Shown here in pieces: positions 59,537-64,000 of a stretch of DNA of 64,000 bases (the first letter of the stretch is position 1; every line of letters begins with the position of its first letter). Origin of the DNA: an uncultured candidatus Porisulfidus sp. (GTDB lineage: Bacteria > Pseudomonadota > Gammaproteobacteria > Poriferisulfidales > Poriferisulfidaceae); NCBI GenBank assembly GCA_965242985.1, contig OZ251520.1:1794235-1858234 (forward strand). The letters run 5' to 3'. The notes beneath the pieces were generated by a model. It had not been told where the DNA came from. It did not search any database and saw nothing but the letters and a program-made list of their open reading frames with translations. The position numbers were made by a program, and so were the translations under genes.

Positions 59537-60847
59537 TCAGTCCGTGATCTCCCGCAACGCTTCGGCACCGAGTTCGGCCAGCCCGGCGCGGTCGCCGTCC
59601 AGCCCCTCGAACGCGAACGGGTTGAGGAACTGCCGGCCCGCGAACATCGACCGCAGCCCGCGCCCGATGCCCGCCTCGTCGCACAGCGCCTTCCACTCGG
59701 CGCCGACGGTCTCGACCTGGCCGCGGACCAGCGCCTGCGCCTCGTCCTCCGACAGCAGGAAGCGGTCGGCCACGTCCAGGCACAGCCGCAGCTGGCTGCG
59801 GCGCCTCATGCCGACGATGCCCATGGCCTGGGACGCCTCGCCGCCGACGCGGCGCTGCGGACAGATGTCGTAGGCCGGAGTCAGCTCCGGCGCGCGCCCG
59901 TCCCAGAACGCGGCGTGGTTGCGCGCGTGGTCGTCGATGTTGGTGCACAGGATGTTGAAGCACAGGCGGGCGAACAGTTCCCGCAGCTCAGCCTCCGGAT
60001 TCGCCGCACGCGCGCGCAGGATGTCCGCAAGGTCGACGTAGGTGTAGGAGATGTAGGAGTCGGAGTTCGGCGCCGCATCGCCGCTGAGGAACAGCGTCAG
60101 CGCCGACACCATCGCCCGGCGGCTCCAGCCGCCGTCCGCGCGCGCGCGGTCGAAGCGCTCGACCAGCAGCACCTCCTTCCCGTCCGCCTCGCGCAACTCG
60201 ACCGGGGCGACCCGCATGCCGCAGGCCGCCGCCAGGCGCATGGCCAGGAACTCGCCTTTCAGCACCGGGAACGAATCGACGTGCGAGACGAACTTGGCGA
60301 TGAACTTGCGGCCGTCCTCCTCGTACAGGGCCTTGGGCCGCATGCCGCCGACCGATGCCAGGGCGCGCTCCAGCGCCGGGTCGAACTCCGGCCGGCTCCC
60401 GTCCCGCATGTCCAGCTGCGCGATCGGCGCCTGCAGCTCGGCCAGCGACAGCTCCGGCGGCGCCAAGCGGGGGACGTATTCCCCGGCCACGGCCTGGAAG
60501 TCCAGCGCGCCGATGCGGTCGGAGCCGACCTCCAGCAGGCATTCCAGCGGCGACGGCTCGCGGCCCAGGCGCAACGCCAGCAGGTACTGCCCCCACCAGT
60601 CCGGCCCGGCGTCGCGCAGGCAGCTCGGCAGGACCTCGTCCGAGCCCGCCGGATGCAGGCCCGGCTCCAGCGACAGTTCCGGCGCGTACAGGGCGATCGC
60701 GTCGTCCCGCGCCAGATAGTCCGGGTCGTAGCGGAAGCGGAATTTGCCGTCCGCCGCCTCCAGCCGGCCCGCGGCCGCGGGCTCGGTTCGTCCCGGCAGC
60801 CACACCCAGACATGGGCTTGTTCGGGGGCTCGCGCGTCCTCGGCCAT
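59537..60847 (-). CDS. hipA: HipA-family kinase toxin
   Basis: N-terminal VWVWLPG...AGRL...FRY, SDRIGALDF, GGMRPKAL, LLVERFDR, NIDDHARNHA, LTPAYD; ATG at 60847. Confidence 0.9.
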   Translation of the reverse strand: MAEDARAPEQAHVWVWLPGRTEPAAAGRLEAADGKFRFRYDPDYLARDDAIALYAPELSLEPGLHPAGSDEVLPSCLRDAGPDWWGQYLLALRLGREPSPLECLLEVGSDRIGALDFQAVAGEYVPRLAPPELSLAELQAPIAQLDMRDGSRPEFDPALERALASVGGMRPKALYEEDGRKFIAKFVSHVDSFPVLKGEFLAMRLAAACGMRVAPVELREADGKEVLLVERFDRARADGGWSRRAMVSALTLFLSGDAAPNSDSYISYTYVDLADILRARAANPEAELRELFARLCFNILCTNIDDHARNHAAFWDGRAPELTPAYDICPQRRVGGEASQAMGIVGMRRRSQLRLCLDVADRFLLSEDEAQALVRGQVETVGAEWKALCDEAGIGRGLRSMFAGRQFLNPFAFEGLDGDRAGLAELGAEALREITD

Positions 60848-61169
60848 TCCTGTCTCCCGCCGCAATGCGGCGTCAATCGTCCCCGCCATTGTATTGCCGG
60901 CGGATGAAGCGGCACTCCGAACCAAGCTGAGCGCCACCTTGAATTTGTTCACCGGCAGGCCCGGGATGCTCTTGTGCGACTGCTGCAAGCGCGCGCAATC
61001 CCGCCGCTCCTCGATCGCTTCCGGCGCGCCCGTGAAGCCGACGCCGGCGCGCCGGCCGGTCTGGACCGAAATCGCCACGGCAGGGCGGCGGGCGCCCCGC
61101 GCCCGGGCGAAACGGATTGGGGAATTGGGTCATGCCGGCATCAAGATCAACATTCTGTTATAGGCCGCA

Positions 61170-61215
61170 CTAAATTTAGTAAAAAACGTAAATTTAGTAA
61201 AAAACGTAAATTTAC
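61170..61215. repeat. 18-bp tandem repeat (2.4 copies) giving three TAAATTTA palindromes
   Basis: TAAATTTAGTAAAAAACG at 61171-61188 and 61189-61206, plus TAAATTTA at 61207-61214. Confidence 0.85.
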
Positions 61216-61251
61216 ATCTTCGTATAACACATTGTTAATCTTTCAAGAAAG

Positions 61252-61264
61252 CAACTAATTGATT
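61252..61264 (-). promoter_or_regulatory. IHF-binding consensus match
   Basis: Minus strand AATCAATTAGTTG = WATCAANNNNTTR, in an AT-rich island edge. Confidence 0.5.
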
Positions 61265-61289
61265 TCTAACTCATCTATGAAAATGCCCT

Positions 61290-62837
61290 TCAGCTCCAGT
61301 AGGCGTAGGCGGCCCAGCCCGCCAGCGCCGCCGCGGCGAGCAGCAGCAGCCACCGCCGGTCGCGCCGCCGCTGCCGGCGCAGTTCGTCCAGTTCCCGCCG
61401 CAGGACCGCCGCCGCCGCCGCGTCCGCCGCGGACGCCGGCGCGGGCGGCTCCAGCACGCGCTCGAGCAGCTGCGGCAGCTGCGTCCGCGCCCGGCGCAGC
61501 AGCTCCGGCACCCCGGTGCGCTCGCGCACCCAGCGGTCGATGAACGGCTTGGCGGTGGTCCACAGGTCGAGCTCCGGGTACAGTTCGCGGCCGACCCCCT
61601 CGATGTTGAACAGGGTCTTCTGCAGCAGCGCCAGCTGCGGCTGCACCTCCATGCGGAAGCGGCGCGCGGTCTGGAACAGCCGCAGCAGCAGGCGGGCGAA
61701 GGAGATCTCGGCGATCGGCTTCTGGAAGATCGGCTCGCACACGGTGCGGATGGCGGCCTCGAACTCCTCCACCCGGGTGCCCGCCGGCACCCAGCCCGAT
61801 TCCACGTGCAGCTCCGCCACGCGCCGGTAGTCGCGGTCGAAGAAGGCGGCGAAGTTGAGCGCCAGGTAGCGCTGGTCGAAGGCCGACAGCGAGCCCATGA
61901 TGCCGAAGTCGACGGCGCTGTACTTCGGCGTCTCGGGCGTGTCGTAGGCGATGAAGATGTTGCCGGGGTGCATGTCGGCGTGGAAGAAGTTGTGGTCGAA
62001 CACCTGGGTGAAGAAGATCTCCACGCCGCGCTCGGCCAGCAGCTGCAGGTTGACGCCGTGGCGCGCCAGCGCCGCGCGGTCCGACACCTGGATGCCGTAG
62101 ATGCGCTCCATGGTCATCACGTCGGTGGCGGTGTAGTCCCAGAACACCTCCGGCACGTACAGCAGCTCGCTGCCCTCGAAGTTGCGCCGCAGCTGGCTGG
62201 CGTTGGCGGCCTCGCGCGCCAGGTCCAGCTCGTCGAAGATCACGGTCTCGTACTCGCGCACCAGGTCGAGCGGGTGCAGGCGGCGGGATTCCGGCCAGTA
62301 GCGCTCGGCCAGGCGGGCGACCGCGTACATCAGCTCGATGTCGCGGCGGATGACGCGGGCGATGCCCGGGCGCAGCACCTTGACGATGACCTCGGCGCCG
62401 TCGAGCTTGGCGGCGTGCACCTGCGCGACCGAGGCCGACGCCAGCGGCTCGGGGTCGAAGTCCTCGAACAGCTCGCCCACCGGCCGCCCCAGGGCGCGCT
62501 CGACGGCATCGCGCGCGGCCGCGCCCGAGAACGGCGGCACCCGGTCCTGCAGCCGCGCCAGCTCCGCCGCCAGGTCGGCCGGCAGCAGGTCGCGGCGGGT
62601 GGACAGCATCTGCCCGAACTTGACGAAGATCGGCCCCAGGTCCTCGACCGCGCGGCGCACGCGCGCGGCGCGCGGCGCGCGCCGCCGCGGCACCCAGTTC
62701 CACGGCAGCAGGTACAGCGCGAAGCGCATCGGCCGGAACAGGTGCAGCGACAGCACCCACTCGTCCAGCCCGTGGCGCAGCAGCACCCACTGGATGTGCA
62801 GCAGGCGCAGCGGCACGCGCAGCGAGGCGGCGGTCAC
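61290..62837 (-). CDS. ubiB: Ubiquinone biosynthesis kinase-like protein UbiB
   Basis: [60 protein letters not shown]. Confidence 0.95.
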   Translation of the reverse strand: MTAASLRVPLRLLHIQWVLLRHGLDEWVLSLHLFRPMRFALYLLPWNWVPRRRAPRAARVRRAVEDLGPIFVKFGQMLSTRRDLLPADLAAELARLQDRVPPFSGAAARDAVERALGRPVGELFEDFDPEPLASASVAQVHAAKLDGAEVIVKVLRPGIARVIRRDIELMYAVARLAERYWPESRRLHPLDLVREYETVIFDELDLAREAANASQLRRNFEGSELLYVPEVFWDYTATDVMTMERIYGIQVSDRAALARHGVNLQLLAERGVEIFFTQVFDHNFFHADMHPGNIFIAYDTPETPKYSAVDFGIMGSLSAFDQRYLALNFAAFFDRDYRRVAELHVESGWVPAGTRVEEFEAAIRTVCEPIFQKPIAEISFARLLLRLFQTARRFRMEVQPQLALLQKTLFNIEGVGRELYPELDLWTTAKPFIDRWVRERTGVPELLRRARTQLPQLLERVLEPPAPASAADAAAAAVLRRELDELRRQRRRDRRWLLLLAAAALAGWAAYAYWS

Positions 62838-63397
62838 GGCGCGGCGCGCTCCAGCCGCTGCTCGAGGCGCTCGAGGTCGTCGCGCAGGCGGTCGACTTCG
62901 CGCAGGAAGCGCGCCAGTTCCGCGCGCTCCGGCAGCAGCTCCGATTCGAAGTGCAGGTAGCCGCGGGCGTTGTCCTCCGCGGCGGCGGCCGTCTGCCGCG
63001 CCGCGCGCGCGAACTCCTCCGCGCCGCGCCCGAGCAGCCGGGCGGCGGTGCCGCCGACCGCGCCGGCGGCGAGCTCCTCCCAGTCGAGGTCGAGGCCGGC
63101 CAGCAGCTCGCGCAGCCGCTTCGCCCGCTCCGCCTCGCCGGCGAAGCGGATGTCGTCGGCGCGCCCGGTGAGGGCGTAGCGCGCGAACGCCCCCAGGTGC
63201 CCCTCGACGGCGAGCTCGGCGGCGTCCTCGGGCGCGGCGAGGCGCACCGCGCCGTCGGCGGCGATCTCCAGTCCGAACGCGGGCGCGGGCGCGACGGCGA
63301 GCCGCACCCGGCACGGCCCCAAGGCGCGCAATCGCTCGCGGGCCTGCGCGTCGGTGTGCAGGGCCTGGGTGAGGAGCGCGGACAGGGAGGCGGCCAT
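62834..63397 (-). CDS. ubiJ: Ubiquinone biosynthesis accessory factor UbiJ (SCP2 domain)
   Basis: DLDWEELA...[10 protein letters not shown]...[15 protein letters not shown]; directly upstream of ubiB. Confidence 0.85.
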   Translation of the reverse strand: MAASLSALLTQALHTDAQARERLRALGPCRVRLAVAPAPAFGLEIAADGAVRLAAPEDAAELAVEGHLGAFARYALTGRADDIRFAGEAERAKRLRELLAGLDLDWEELAAGAVGGTAARLLGRGAEEFARAARQTAAAAEDNARGYLHFESELLPERAELARFLREVDRLRDDLERLEQRLERAAP

Positions 63398-63469
63398 GGC
63401 GGCGGCCCGGAGCCGGAGCCGCGGGCGCAAAGGGGTAGTAATTATAGGATTGTGGCTAAAATGCGGGCA

Positions 63470-64000
63470 TGATCCCGCGCCTGCTGCCGATTCTCGCGCT
63501 GGCGCTGCTCGCGGCGGCGCCCGGCGCGGCGGCGGACGCGGCGTTTCCGCCCGCCGACGGCGTCGTGCTGGCGCTGCGGCCGATCAAGACGGACCCCGGC
63601 GCCGGAAGTTCCGACCGCGAGGAAGCGAGCGACGGCGAACAGGAGACCGCCCCGCCGCCGACCGCGGACGCGGACGAAACAGAGGAGGCCGAGGAAGAAG
63701 AAGACGACACGCTGCTCGCGGTGCTGTTGCGGGCGCTGGACATCTTCTTGGTCGACGAGCCGGAGCCGCCCGAGCCCCAGCCCGGCGACGCGCCCGGCGC
63801 AGAGGCCGGCAAACCGGCGCCGCCGGAAACCGGCCAGCCCTCGCCTCCGCAGCCGCCGGCCGCGGAGACGGAAAAGCGCGCCGAAACCCGGCCGCCGCCG
63901 CCCGAAACCGGCCGGCCCCCGCCCCCGCCTCCGCAACCCCCGGTCGCGGAGGCGGAACAGCGCGCCGAACCCCCGCCGCCGCCGGAGCGGCCCAAGCCCC
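63470..64000 (+). CDS. Secreted Pro/Glu-rich low-complexity protein (partial, runs off the window)
   Basis: My translation from ATG 63470: MIPRLLPILALALLAAAPGAAADAAFPPADGVVLALRP...; signal peptide and open frame to the window end. Confidence 0.6.

Noticed and set aside
60848-61078. N-terminal extension of hipA given by the ORF track (513 aa)
   Set aside because: HipA similarity starts near MAEDARAPEQAHVWVWLPG (ATG 60847); the extension has no recognisable content.
61217-61240. dif/pdif-like site (TCTTCGTATAA resembles an XerC arm)
   Set aside because: The XerD-like TGTTAA would need a 2-bp rather than 6-bp spacer and is a poor match; at most a decayed remnant.

Overview
Very GC-rich chromosomal segment of a gammaproteobacterium; a marine or host-associated lifestyle is only an inference from TRAP and tungstate transporters, many toxin-antitoxin/defence genes and an NHLP-type precursor. 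The backbone is housekeeping: tsaD, rpiA, cca, uppP, folM/folK/folB, tRNA-Leu(CAG), tupBCA, ubiH/ubiI-like, pepP, proB, obgE, rpmA, rplU, rpmH-rnpA-yidD-yidC-mnmE, engB, cytochrome c4, dsbA, polA, a TRAP system, uvrD, ubiB and ubiJ. Four visibly AT-richer accessory patches interrupt it. (1) A Mrr plus GmrSD/AlbA_2 type IV restriction pair (~7.9-11.1 kb). (2) A tRNA-Leu-adjacent, integrase-less defence island with a HipA-like kinase/HIRAN pair and an AAA_14 ATPase coupled to a 1353-aa NACHT-nuclease protein (~18.7-26.3 kb). (3) A type III R-M locus whose mod gene carries 19 perfect copies of a 7-bp repeat that put it out of frame, i.e. a candidate phase-variable methylation switch currently OFF (~50-55 kb). 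(4) A hipA/XRE module in reversed gene order (~59-61.3 kb). Other highlights: an orphan NHLP-leader RiPP precursor with a Ser/Thr/Cys-rich core sitting where dnaA normally lies, a candidate sigmaE-dependent sRNA downstream of polA, a PanD-like protein with Cys at the autocleavage Ser position, and several degenerate metal/sulfur-carrier folds. No homology searches were run; all family calls come from recognised motifs.
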